From assembly GCA_963781595.1 (NCBI GenBank), contig CAWAGG010000006.1, positions 666,107 to 730,106 on the forward strand: a DNA stretch of 64,000 bases. Direction: 5' to 3'. Made by a program: the position numbers and the translations under genes. Numbering within the stretch: position 1 is the first letter of the stretch; the number at the start of each line of letters is the position of its first letter. The notes under the pieces are model-generated. The model was not told where the DNA came from. It did no database searches and was given only the letters and a program-made list of their open reading frames with translations. Source of the DNA: an uncultured Actinomycetota bacterium. Its GTDB lineage: Bacteria; Actinomycetota; UBA4738. Positions 30,257 through 39,615 of the stretch are shown one piece after another.

Positions 30257-30908
30257 ATGGATGACGCGAAGCGGGACGCGCTCGACGCCGAGATCCGGCG
30301 GCTGCTCGACCGCTACGACCACCCGGTCCTGCTGGAGATGGAGGCCGAAGCCGAGCAGACGCGACTTCCCGGCGATCGGGCGGACGGTCGGTGTCGTGGT
30401 CGAGATCCTCGCGCGATCGATCGGCGCACGGCGCGTGTTCGAACTGGGCTCGGGGTTCGGGTATTCGGCGTACTGGTTCGCCCGCGCCGTCGGCGACGGC
30501 GGCGAGGTCCACCTGACGGAGTTCGACGAAGCGAACATCGTAAAGGCACATGACTACCTGGGCCGCGCCGGGCTCGAGCGGCGGTGCGCCTTCCACACGG
30601 GCGACGCGCTGTCGTCCTTCGCGTCAGTGCCGGGCGAGTTCGACATCGTGTTCTGCGACATCGACAAGCATGGGTACCCGCGGGCGTTCCGCGAGGCGCG
30701 TAGCCGGATCCGCGCCGGTGGCCTGTGGATCTGCGACAACTCGCTCGGGATCGGCGCCGGCACGATCGTGGACGACCTCCCGGGGCGGGCCGGAGAGATG
30801 ATCCAGGGGATCAGGGAGCACGACGAACTCGTCTCCGCGGATCCCGACTTCGTCGCGACGATCCTCCCGATCCGCGAGGGCGTGATGGTCGCCCTGCGCC
30901 TGCGCTGA
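30257..30908 (+). CDS. Class I SAM-dependent O-methyltransferase (family 3), frame broken once as sequenced
   Basis: The N-terminus MDDAKRDALDAEIRRLLDRYDHPVLLEMEAEAEQTR is in one frame. FPAIGRTVGVVVEILARSIGARRVFELGSGFGYSAYW... is in the next frame (switch near 30355-30370). Length mod 3 = 1. Confidence 0.6.
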
Positions 30909-31046
30909 CGTCGTCGCCCTGCCCGACCCCTCGCCTGCCCTGAGGCAGGCGTAGGGGAATCCCTGATGTTCCGCGTCCCCGCGTCGTGCAGGCTTGGACG
31001 CGTGACGGTCCTCGACGAGACGTGTGCACAGCCCGAAGGCGTCCGG

Positions 31047-31595
31047 ATGGGTCCGGACGTCGCCCCCGGCGTCGCCCGGTCCCCGGCACCTGGGCTGACG
31101 ATCCAGGTCCGATCGGGCATCGGAACCGGCCCGACCACGCTCGCGGCGTTCGACGCGGCGCTCCGGTACGCCGGCGTGGCGAACCACAACCTGATCCGGC
31201 TCTCCTCCGTGATCCCTCCGGGTTCGACGGTCGCCGAGCCGACGCGGGACGGGTTCACGCGCCAGGGCGAATGGGGGGATCGTCTCTACGTCGTGATGGC
31301 CGAACGGCGCACCGATGTCCCGGGCGACGAGGCGTGGGCGGGGATCGCGTGGACGCAGGAGCAGCGGAGCCGCAAGGGGCTGTTCGTCGAGCACGAAGGC
31401 CTGTCCCGGGAACGCGTCGAAGCGGACCTGAGGGCCTCGCTCACGTCGATCGCGGGAGCGCGCGGAGTGACGTTCGGACCTCAGCGGATGCGGGTCACGG
31501 GTGCGCGCTGCGCCGGAATCCCCGTGTGCGCGTTGGTGCTGGCCGTGTACCGAGCCGAACCGTGGACGCCCGCCGGCCCGGCCGGTGGGCGCTAG
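31047..31595 (+). CDS. pdaD: Pyruvoyl-dependent arginine decarboxylase
   Basis: Contains GPTTLAAFDAALRYAGVANHNLIRLSSVIPPG with the Ser-Ser self-cleavage context. The start is uncertain (31047 or upstream). Confidence 0.75.
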   Translation: MGPDVAPGVARSPAPGLTIQVRSGIGTGPTTLAAFDAALRYAGVANHNLIRLSSVIPPGSTVAEPTRDGFTRQGEWGDRLYVVMAERRTDVPGDEAWAGIAWTQEQRSRKGLFVEHEGLSRERVEADLRASLTSIAGARGVTFGPQRMRVTGARCAGIPVCALVLAVYRAEPWTPAGPAGGR

Positions 31596-31672
31596 AGGCG
31601 ATGGCTCCCGCCGCGACCGTCGGCGAGACCGTGATCATCGCCGGCGGGTCGGTTGCATCGGGCCTCCCGCGA

Positions 31673-32251
31673 TCAGGCCTCGACCTGGAACGTCACCGAA
31701 TCCAGCACGCGCGGGGAGAACGGCAGGTGATCCGCGGCCACGTACTCCGCGACGAGGATGTGCGAGCCGGGGGTCACGTTCACCACGGTGGACTCGGACG
31801 TCGTCATCGCCACGATCGCGCCGTCGATCAGCACGTGGATGTGACCCGTGGTCGGGCTCAGCTTCGTCGTGGTGAACGGAACGATCCGCCCACCGATCAC
31901 CCGCACGCGGATCGGCACGCTCGCCGGGTCGCCACGGAACACGTCGCCGGCGCGCGGCGAGACGATCTCGATACGCGCCGGGCTGGATGGACGTGTCGCT
32001 CGGACCGGCCGGATGATCGGGGGCAGGACCAGCGCGAGGATCACGCATCCCACCGCTCCGGCCGCGGCGGCCCATCCGAGCGCCGCCGGGAGGCGGAGGA
32101 ACCCCTTCCCTCGGAGCCGTGCCACGGCGATCCACCCGAGCAGCAGCGCCCCGATGAAGAGCAGGCTGGCGACGCCCTGGTCGAGCGTTCCGGCGCCGTC
32201 GGCCACGATCGCCGCGACCGCCGACGCGCCGCGCCTCGCCGACGGGATCAC
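31673..32251 (-). CDS. Membrane protein with a C-terminal DUF4399-like beta-sandwich domain (GHIHVLIDG)
   Basis: GTGA overlap with the upstream stop at 32248-32251. Two TM helices, then a domain paralogous to 34837..35289. Confidence 0.6.
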   Translation of the reverse strand: MIPSARRGASAVAAIVADGAGTLDQGVASLLFIGALLLGWIAVARLRGKGFLRLPAALGWAAAAGAVGCVILALVLPPIIRPVRATRPSSPARIEIVSPRAGDVFRGDPASVPIRVRVIGGRIVPFTTTKLSPTTGHIHVLIDGAIVAMTTSESTVVNVTPGSHILVAEYVAADHLPFSPRVLDSVTFQVEA

Positions 32252-33027
32252 GAGGAGCCGAACTCCCGCTCGCCGCGGTCGCGGAACCGACGGATCACGC
32301 GGGGCGACGTCACCAGCAGGATCAGCAGGACGACCGCGCCCGCGATCAGCAACGGCAGGAAGGAACGCGATGGCGCACGCGCGGTGCCGCCGCCCGATCG
32401 CCCGACGGCGAAGTACCCGAGCTCCTGGACCTTGGCGGACGCCTGATGCGACGTCGGCAGGTCCGTCGTGGACAGGATCTGCCACGAACGGCCGTCTGCC
32501 GACGCGAGGATCACGTGCTTCAAGGAGCCCGCGCCGAAGGTCGCGTCCGCCGGATACACCAGCGCCAGGTCGCCGGCGGTCGCGAGCGTCGGGATCGACG
32601 CCCCTCCGGGCCGGTACGCGGCCTTGATCCGGTACGCGTTCCCGTCGAACGAGAGCGACGGCGGCGCGTCGCCGAGCGTGCCCGGGTCGACCGGGTCGAC
32701 GGTGACCTGGACCGACCGCTGTCCCTTCGATGCGGGGACCGAACCATTCTGGAGGATCAGGGTGGCCTGCTGGTCGTTCGTGACGACGACCCCACCCTGG
32801 AACGTGCCGCCATCGAACGCGAAGGTGGCGTCGGCGGGCGTGGGCGGTTCGTTGTCCGGCGCGAGCGGTGGCGGCGGGCTGACCCACCGGTACGGCTGGG
32901 GTGGCGCGAGCCCGTCCAGCAGCGGCCGGCGGGCGAGCGGGCTCAGGTGCCCGCTCACGGACGCGCCCACGAGGTACACGGCCACGACGCCGAGGCCGAT
33001 TAGCAGCGTGCGCCGGCCCAGCGTCAC
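32248..33027 (-). CDS. Bitopic envelope protein (TM helix at each end), function unknown
   Basis: GTGA overlap at 33024-33027. N-terminal TM LLIGLGVVAVYLVGA and C-terminal TM LLIAGAVVLLILLV. Confidence 0.55.
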   Translation of the reverse strand: MTLGRRTLLIGLGVVAVYLVGASVSGHLSPLARRPLLDGLAPPQPYRWVSPPPPLAPDNEPPTPADATFAFDGGTFQGGVVVTNDQQATLILQNGSVPASKGQRSVQVTVDPVDPGTLGDAPPSLSFDGNAYRIKAAYRPGGASIPTLATAGDLALVYPADATFGAGSLKHVILASADGRSWQILSTTDLPTSHQASAKVQELGYFAVGRSGGGTARAPSRSFLPLLIAGAVVLLILLVTSPRVIRRFRDRGEREFGSS

Positions 33028-34277
33028 GGTTCGATCGGGATCACGCGGAGCGGTTCGGTCGCGAACCGGGGCGGCCACACGACCCCTCGCCAGTCGGGCG
33101 AGGTCCACTCCCAGATCACGCTGGACGCGCGCAGGTTCGACCCGGCCGTCGACGAGCCGGCCGCGCCGAACGCGAGGCCGCTGCCGTTCGGCAAGCTCCC
33201 GGTCGCCAGCCGGACTCGGCGCGCCTCGGCGGCGACCCCGGTCGGCGTGAGGTCGGATGCCTCCGGCATCACGTCGTGGAACAGCGCCCACGCGGCCGAG
33301 AACCCGGCCAGCGCCGGCGCGTCCATGTGCTCCTGGTACCGATCCTGGTACGCGGCGTCCGCCCGGGCCAGGAGCGCACGCGCCGCCGGCCGGAGCCCCG
33401 TCGGGGCGATCGCGTCCGCATCGGGCTTGTCGGAGGCGAACAGGCCGACCGCGTCCTTCCCGAGTGCCTCACCGAACGCTGGCATGCAGTAGCTCGACGA
33501 CGAGCCGATGTTCGCCACCAGGCGCAGGTGCTGGGAGACCATCGCCCGTCGGAGGGCGACGCCGTCCTCCACGTACGCGGAGACGAACAGCACGTCCGGC
33601 TTCAGCGCGGCGATCCGGTGCACCGTCGCGACGGGGTCGGATCCGCGCGGGTCGTAGGGCACCTGCCCGGCGAACGGCAGGCCGAGCCGGTGGATCTCTT
33701 CGACGGCGCCGTCCGCGACCCAGCTCCCGTACACGTCGTCGACGTTCGCCACGGCGTAGCGGAGCGACCGGGCGGAGCGATGCATGCGCGGGAGGAGCTG
33801 ATCGGCGATGAACGAGATCGCGCTCCCGCCGAGGACCGCGCCAGACGGCGCGACGCGGAACACGAGCTGGCCTCGCCCCGGCCCGAGCATCTGCCCGACC
33901 TCGCCGGTCTCCCAGAACAGCATCCCGTGACCGACGGCCGCATCCGCCGCCGGGTTCGAGATCGTGCTCCCGTAGCTCCCGAGGACGAACCGAACCCCGC
34001 GCTCGCTGAGGCCGTCGATCGCGGCCGGCGCGGCGTCGGCCGAGGGCACGTCCACCGGGACGAGCTGGAGCTGCTTCCCCCGGACGCCGCCGTCACCGTT
34101 CGTCATGTCGACGGCCAGTCGCACGCCCCGGAATTCGCTCACGCCACCACGTCCCTGCGAGCCGGAGAGCGGGTAGATCGCGCCGACCTGGATCGTCGGT
34201 CGCGCGGTCGAGCACGAAGCGAGCAGCGAGCCGGCGATCGCCACGCTCAGCGCGGCCGCGACGTGCGCACGCCTCAT
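33024..34277 (-). CDS. ABC-type substrate-binding lipoprotein (LivK/Peripla_BP_6-like)
   Basis: ATGA overlap at 34274-34277. Lipobox LLASCST. Also QVGAIYPLSGSQGRGG...GVRFVLGSYGS. Confidence 0.75.
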   Translation of the reverse strand: MRRAHVAAALSVAIAGSLLASCSTARPTIQVGAIYPLSGSQGRGGVSEFRGVRLAVDMTNGDGGVRGKQLQLVPVDVPSADAAPAAIDGLSERGVRFVLGSYGSTISNPAADAAVGHGMLFWETGEVGQMLGPGRGQLVFRVAPSGAVLGGSAISFIADQLLPRMHRSARSLRYAVANVDDVYGSWVADGAVEEIHRLGLPFAGQVPYDPRGSDPVATVHRIAALKPDVLFVSAYVEDGVALRRAMVSQHLRLVANIGSSSSYCMPAFGEALGKDAVGLFASDKPDADAIAPTGLRPAARALLARADAAYQDRYQEHMDAPALAGFSAAWALFHDVMPEASDLTPTGVAAEARRVRLATGSLPNGSGLAFGAAGSSTAGSNLRASSVIWEWTSPDWRGVVWPPRFATEPLRVIPIEP

Positions 34278-34840
34278 CGCAGCACCGCCAGGAGGTTCGC
34301 GAACGCATGGGTCGCGGCCGGTACGCTCCAGCGACCCGACGCGGCGCGTTGCCACGAGAACAGCAGCCCGGCGCCGAGGTCGACGGGGAACGCCGTCCAG
34401 CCGTACAGCGGCACGTGGATCGCCGCGAACGCGAGGGCCGAACCGACGACCGCCGCGCCGGGGCTCCACCGTTCGAGCCTGCCGAAGAGGAACCCACGGA
34501 AGAACGCCTCCTCCGCGACCGCAGCGGCGGTGTTGAGCGCGACGACGGCGAGACCGGTCGGGAGCGGCGGGGCCGGCCCCGCCGCGAGCCGTGCGATCAG
34601 GACCGCGGCCGTCCCGAGGGCCAGCGGAAACCAAGGGTCGGCCGCACGCGCCGCGGTCGCTCGGCCTACGACCGTGGCCGAGGTCACGCCGAGCGCGATG
34701 TATCCGATCGCCAGCGCCGGCGACCCGAGCGTGCCGATCGCCGACCTCGACAGGAGGAACCAGACGGCGCCGAACGGGAGCGCCAGCGCGAGCGTTCGCG
34801 CCGTGCGCTCCCTCCCCGGTGCGACCCGAACGGCGTTCAC
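34274..34840 (-). CDS. CPBP (CAAX) family intramembrane metalloprotease
   Basis: GTGA overlap at 34837-34840. Motifs EEAFFRG, FAAIH and HAFANL. Confidence 0.75.
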   Translation of the reverse strand: MNAVRVAPGRERTARTLALALPFGAVWFLLSRSAIGTLGSPALAIGYIALGVTSATVVGRATAARAADPWFPLALGTAAVLIARLAAGPAPPLPTGLAVVALNTAAAVAEEAFFRGFLFGRLERWSPGAAVVGSALAFAAIHVPLYGWTAFPVDLGAGLLFSWQRAASGRWSVPAATHAFANLLAVLR

Positions 34841-35289
34841 GGCTTCACCTCGAACGTCACCTCCACGAAGACGCGCGGATCGAACGGCGCATGGTCGGTC
34901 GCGACGAACTCGACCTTCAGCGTGTGCTGTCCCGGCGTGACCTCGTGCAGCGTCGCGTCGGCCTGGTAGTTCATGCTCACGATCTGGCCGTCGAGGAACA
35001 GGTGCAGGTGGCCCTCGTTCGGCTTGAGGTTCGTGCTGGTGATGGGCACGATCTTCGCTCCCTCCAGCGAGACCCTCACGGGGACGGTGGAGCCCGTGAA
35101 CGACTCGCCCTGCGTCGGCGACACGAGCGTGAGCTTCGCCGTGCTGCTCGGGCGGTCCTGCGCGGTCGCCTGCGTCGTGGTCGCACCGCCGTTCCCGCCG
35201 CCGGAGCACGCGGAACCCACGAGCACGATCGCGACCGCCATGCCGATCGCGAACGGCGCTCTGTTCGTCATCGCTGCGCTGCGTCTCAC
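34837..35289 (-). CDS. DUF4399-like lipoprotein (GHLHLFLDG)
   Basis: Lipobox LVGSACSG. Paralogous to the C-terminal domain of 31673..32251 (LVSPTQGESF.., GHLHLFLDG, PGQHTLKVEFVATDHAPF). Confidence 0.65.
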   Translation of the reverse strand: MRRSAAMTNRAPFAIGMAVAIVLVGSACSGGGNGGATTTQATAQDRPSSTAKLTLVSPTQGESFTGSTVPVRVSLEGAKIVPITSTNLKPNEGHLHLFLDGQIVSMNYQADATLHEVTPGQHTLKVEFVATDHAPFDPRVFVEVTFEVKP

Positions 35290-35389
35290 GTCCGATCTCC
35301 TCCACGGGGTTCCGGCTCGGCGGCGAGCCGCACCGCCTACCGTACGTTGGCCGCCCCGAACGCGCTCGCCCGTCGGCGGCCGACCAGCG

Positions 35390-35845
35390 TCACGTCCTGC
35401 GCGGCACCCCCTGCAGCGCGATGGCCACGAACAGGACGAACGTCAACAGATGCACGACCGTGCACCACAGGCAGATCGCGCCGATCGGGAACAGTTCGGC
35501 CCACACGAGGTACAGGACGAACGCGACGCCGAGCGTCGCCAGGCCGATCCGGAGCCACGCGAGCCGCGGATCGTCCGATCGCCACGCCCCGGGCGACGTG
35601 AGCGCGGCCATCGCGACGAACCAGATCAGGCCCAGGATCGCCACCGGGATGCCGACCAGCGTCGAGTACGGCCCGGTCGTCACCCGCGCGCAGTCCACCA
35701 GGCCGGAGCCGGCGCAGACGAGGATCTGCGAGGACGTGAAGTGCGCCACAGTCAGGTACGCGGACACGGCGAGCCCCGCCAGCGAGGCCCCGAAGGTCAC
35801 GATCACGGTCGAGCGCGCCGGCGCGGCGGTTCGAGCCTCCCTCAC
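35390..35845 (-). CDS. Vitamin K epoxide reductase (VKOR) family protein
   Basis: GTGA overlap at 35842-35845. Loop cysteines CAGSGLVDC and active site CLWC. Four TM helices. Confidence 0.8.
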   Translation of the reverse strand: MREARTAAPARSTVIVTFGASLAGLAVSAYLTVAHFTSSQILVCAGSGLVDCARVTTGPYSTLVGIPVAILGLIWFVAMAALTSPGAWRSDDPRLAWLRIGLATLGVAFVLYLVWAELFPIGAICLWCTVVHLLTFVLFVAIALQGVPRRT

Positions 35846-36810
35846 CCGGCGCTCCGCAGCAACGACCGCGCGGCCACGACGCCGGGGGCGTCGCAGACGT
35901 TCGCCGGTGCCCCGTTCGTCGTCTGGCAGATCGCGGCCGTGATCACGTTCGCGCTCCCGTCGATCGCCCTCGCGACGTCCGACGACGGATCGCTGAGCGC
36001 GTCGGCGATCTGCTGCGTCGTCAGGCCCTGGAGCACCGTCGGATCGAAGGTCGCGCCGCTCATCGCGTAGGCGCCGCCGATGTCGACGAATGGGATGCCG
36101 CCGGCGGACGCGACGTACGGGGGTACGTCGTAGGTCGCGATCAGCTGCCGCTGTTCGGCCGTCGGCGTCTCGAGCGGCTGGTACCCGCCCCCATCGGCAG
36201 GTTGGTTCGTCGTGGTCTCGACCGGCTCGAAGGCGATGTACGGGCTCGTGTACGTCGAACCGTGGAACGTGAACGTCTTCGTTCCCGGGAAGATGTCCGT
36301 GGTCGAGGACTCGGTCGCGCCGAGGCCGTCGAACGTGCCGAACCGGCTCAGCGCCACCACCATCGCCCATCGCTCCGCTGCGCAGTACGGGCAGTACTCG
36401 GCGCCGACGTAGAAGATCTTCGGGAGGTCTCCCGACCGGAGCGCCGGCGTGCCGCTGGGCAGCGCGCTCGGTCCGGTCGTCGCGGTCCCCACCCCGACGG
36501 TGTCCAGCGTCGACGCCGGAACGGAGGTTGCCGCAGCGACCACCGCGGCCGGCGCTGGCGTGCTCGCCGTCGACGCCGACGGCTTCGACACCAGCTTCAC
36601 GACGACGAACGCCGCGACGATCGCGGCCACGGTTCCGATCGCGATCCACGCGATGCGTCGCCCCGGCTGTGCGGGGGCGGTCGGGCGCTTGCCGGCGGGC
36701 GCATGGCCCTTCGCGGCGTTCCGTCTGCGCGCGGCCCTGTCTCCCCCGCGCGGCCGCGCCTGGGTACCGCGCTTCGGTTCCGTTCCTTGCGTTCCCTTGG
36801 TGCCGCTCAT
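35842..36810 (-). CDS. DUF929 thioredoxin-like membrane-anchored protein
   Basis: ATG at 36810 verified. One TM helix. Hallmark FYVGAEYCPYCAAERWAMVVALSRFGTF. Confidence 0.8.
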   Translation of the reverse strand: MSGTKGTQGTEPKRGTQARPRGGDRAARRRNAAKGHAPAGKRPTAPAQPGRRIAWIAIGTVAAIVAAFVVVKLVSKPSASTASTPAPAAVVAAATSVPASTLDTVGVGTATTGPSALPSGTPALRSGDLPKIFYVGAEYCPYCAAERWAMVVALSRFGTFDGLGATESSTTDIFPGTKTFTFHGSTYTSPYIAFEPVETTTNQPADGGGYQPLETPTAEQRQLIATYDVPPYVASAGGIPFVDIGGAYAMSGATFDPTVLQGLTTQQIADALSDPSSDVARAIDGSANVITAAICQTTNGAPANVCDAPGVVAARSLLRSAG

Positions 36811-36869
36811 GGTGTTCCATTCCTCCGTCCGGCCGCGGGCGCTCATCCAGCCCGGGCGCTGTCTCGTCA

Positions 36870-38861
36870 TCAGCCGATCTGCTGTGTGAAGTACGCGGTG
36901 ATGGCACCACCATCGGCCCTGGTCGCGTCGATACGGAAGGTCCATCTGCCCGCGGTGAGCGGGGCGTTCGCCACGAAGTGACCCGCGCTGAACCGGATCA
37001 GCGAGAGGGGCTGGTCGTCGCCAGCCGGGTCGGTCGCTGTGGCCGTTGCGTCGGAGACGGGCTGCTCCGAGCCGGTCGCCGTGAAGAACGTGAAGTGGAC
37101 CTGGTTCGGTCCGACCGTGGCCGGATCGACGTAGCTCTGCATCGTGCCGCCGCCCGGGAGGGTGATCGTGTACAGGGTGGGCTGCCCGGGCACCTTCGAC
37201 ACCTGGATCTGCTCCGGTGGCAGGCGCGTCCGGATCTTCAGCGGCACCTCGATCGCGCCCGTCGCCTGCTGGATCACGACGCTCACGTCCCACGTTCCGT
37301 CGATCGAGAGCTGTGCGCCCTGACCTCCCCAGACACCACGCGCGGCGCGCTTCAGGGCCAGCGTCGAGGACCCGATGCCGGGCTTCGATGGGAGGCTGAA
37401 CCGCAGCGACACCTGCTCGGCCACGACCGGCGCGCCGGTGTCGTAGTCGTTCAGGTGCGCGACGAACCCGTTCGGCCCGACGGTGCCGGGCGCGACGGTG
37501 AGCCGGACCCTCGTCGTCGTTCCGAAATCCGAGCCCCTCACCGTGATCGCGGCGGGCGCGGTGCTCCCCGGTTTCGCCTCGGCCTCGTACGCGGCCGGCG
37601 GGAGCTGGCTCAGCACGGCGGTGACGGCGACGATCGCGATCGCCGCGACCACCTCCCACCGGATGGTCCTGCGGACCCGCGTGATGCCGGGGTTCGCCGT
37701 CTCCATCCGCGGGATGTTGCGGTACCGGTTCAGGGCGCCCAGCGCGATCAGGCCCGCCACCAGCGCGGACTTCACGAGGAGCGTGATGCCGAACGACGTG
37801 TCGAACAGGTTCCGCCAGCCGCCGAGCTCGGCCCAGGCCCGGCCGACGCCCGTGAGCACCGTGACGGCGAGCGCGACGCCCGCCAGCGTGGAGAAGCGCC
37901 GAACCGCGGCCCTGCGCTCCTCGGAGTCCGCGCCGCGGATCGCCAGCAGCAGCCAGACGAGTCCGCCAACCCAGGCGCCCACGGCCATCAGGTGGAGCCA
38001 CTGAACCCCGACGTTGAGCCACTCCGGCGACTCGCCGGCGGCGTGACCCGAGAGCGCCACGACGAGCATCGTGGCCGCGGTCGCGACGGCCAGGAACACC
38101 ATCGACTCCCACCTGGGTCTGATCAGCGCGACGATCACCATCACGAGCGGCGCCAGGAGCGCGAAGCCCTCGGAGACCAGATCCTGGCCGGCGGCGGAGC
38201 CGAGGAGCGTGCCGAACGAGACCCCGATCGCATCCTTCTCGGAGACGGTGAGCGCGACCAGGCCCGCCGCGGCGAGGACCCACGCCCCGATCAGGAGCGC
38301 TCGGTGACCCGGGGCGGACCGGCGGGTCACCCACGACCCGACGACGCCGGCCCCGAACAGCAGGACCAGTCCCCACGCGAGCGCCCACGTTCCGGCCACC
38401 GAGAGCGGCCGGACCGGAGTGCTCCTCGTCTGCTCGGCAGGCGACCCGCCCCCGCCCGTGGCCGGGGCGCCGACGCCGAACGCGAACGAACCCGAGGTCA
38501 CGTGACCGTCGGTCTCCGAGAGCGTTCGCCAGGCGACCGTGTACACGCCCTGCGGAAGGCTGGGGAGCGGCAGTCGCAGCTCCAGCGGGCTCCCGGCCAC
38601 CGGGTCGGCGGGCTGCTTCGACACGGTCCGGCCCGTCGAGTCCAGCGCCTGCACGCTGGAGAGCTTCGGATCCGGCCGCTCCGTGAACGTGAGCAGGACC
38701 TGGCTCGGCGCGGTCGCGAGGACCGCGCCGGCCGCCGGGTCCGAGGACGCCAGGAGCGCGTGTGCGGACGCCGGCGCCGCGGTGGCCAGCACCCAGCAGG
38801 CCGCGATCGCCGCGCAGAGCGCGGCGATCGCGGCCACCCGCCGGCGTCCGCCCGAGCCCAT
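36870..38861 (-). CDS. CopC-CopD fusion copper resistance/uptake protein (YcnJ-like) with a C-terminal extracellular domain
   Basis: Signal peptide, then the CopC start HALLASSDPAAGAVL...YTVAWRTLSETDGH. Multiple CopD TM helices follow, then a beta-rich tail. Confidence 0.85.
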   Translation of the reverse strand: MGSGGRRRVAAIAALCAAIAACWVLATAAPASAHALLASSDPAAGAVLATAPSQVLLTFTERPDPKLSSVQALDSTGRTVSKQPADPVAGSPLELRLPLPSLPQGVYTVAWRTLSETDGHVTSGSFAFGVGAPATGGGGSPAEQTRSTPVRPLSVAGTWALAWGLVLLFGAGVVGSWVTRRSAPGHRALLIGAWVLAAAGLVALTVSEKDAIGVSFGTLLGSAAGQDLVSEGFALLAPLVMVIVALIRPRWESMVFLAVATAATMLVVALSGHAAGESPEWLNVGVQWLHLMAVGAWVGGLVWLLLAIRGADSEERRAAVRRFSTLAGVALAVTVLTGVGRAWAELGGWRNLFDTSFGITLLVKSALVAGLIALGALNRYRNIPRMETANPGITRVRRTIRWEVVAAIAIVAVTAVLSQLPPAAYEAEAKPGSTAPAAITVRGSDFGTTTRVRLTVAPGTVGPNGFVAHLNDYDTGAPVVAEQVSLRFSLPSKPGIGSSTLALKRAARGVWGGQGAQLSIDGTWDVSVVIQQATGAIEVPLKIRTRLPPEQIQVSKVPGQPTLYTITLPGGGTMQSYVDPATVGPNQVHFTFFTATGSEQPVSDATATATDPAGDDQPLSLIRFSAGHFVANAPLTAGRWTFRIDATRADGGAITAYFTQQIG

Positions 38862-38869
38862 CGGTCTTC

Positions 38870-39532
38870 TCAGGCGCGCTTCCGCGTGAGCGCGACGACC
38901 GCCACGATCAGGCCGACCGCGCCGACGACGATCCCGATGATGCCGAACGTCTTCGCCGAGTCGGCCGCGTCCTGCGCCGACGCCGCTGCGGCGTCCGCCT
39001 GCGCCTGCACCCTCGCGGTCTGGCGGTCGAGCTTGGCAGACAGCTCGGTCGCGGACGGGACCTTCGTCGGGAACTGGATCGTCTGCGGGTCGATCGCGGA
39101 CGAGAACGTCGTCGGCGACGACGAAACGGTCTCGTCGATGTCGGTGCTCCCGATCTTCCCGAAGATGTGGAACGTGTAGTCACCGGGCTCCGTCGGGATG
39201 AAAGCTCCGCGATAGTCGCCCGGCGACCCGCCCGAGTCCTCGTCGAAGTTCGGCTCCAGCGTCACGTCCATCGACTTCGATCCGAACGTGACCTCCGCCT
39301 TGAGCGTGTCCGCCGCCGTGTCGACACCAGCATCCGTCTTCGTCACGTGGATGATGACCTCGATGCTGTTCGGGAAGCCGACGTACGCCGGCTCCGTGCC
39401 GAACCCGATCGCGACCGTGTACGGCCCGATCTCCTTCTCCGCGTGCGCCAACGCGGCGGTCGCCGGCAGGATCACCAGGGCCGCAGACACTCCGAACACG
39501 GCCAGCCCGGCCAGGATGCTCGCTCTGTTCAT
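38870..39532 (-). CDS. Secreted, C-terminally anchored protein whose predicted mature N-terminus is His (candidate Cu-binding partner of CopCD)
   Basis: Signal peptide ending ATAALA|HAEKE. Beta-rich domain (PGDYTFHIFGKIG), an Ala/Gln coiled segment and a terminal TM IIGIVVGAVGLIVAVVAL. Confidence 0.65.
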   Translation of the reverse strand: MNRASILAGLAVFGVSAALVILPATAALAHAEKEIGPYTVAIGFGTEPAYVGFPNSIEVIIHVTKTDAGVDTAADTLKAEVTFGSKSMDVTLEPNFDEDSGGSPGDYRGAFIPTEPGDYTFHIFGKIGSTDIDETVSSSPTTFSSAIDPQTIQFPTKVPSATELSAKLDRQTARVQAQADAAAASAQDAADSAKTFGIIGIVVGAVGLIVAVVALTRKRA

Positions 39533-39615
39533 CGTCTCCCTTTCGCTCTTCGACGCCCCGAAGTGAACGGGTCACGCCGAACGACGGCCGCCCCACGGGG
39601 CCGCGGGATCGGCCT

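Noticed and set aside
28311-30596. 761-aa single ORF
   Set aside because: It is a composite. The 3-prime third is a separate lipoprotein gene with its own GTG and lipobox. The middle is the N-terminal half of an MFS transporter. The 5-prime part is antisense to the O-methyltransferase.
35842-38388. 848-aa ORF and 35390-36913 507-aa ORF
   Set aside because: Only their 3-prime portions (DUF929 from 36810, VKOR from 35845) carry real protein features. The upstream parts overlap copCD out of frame.
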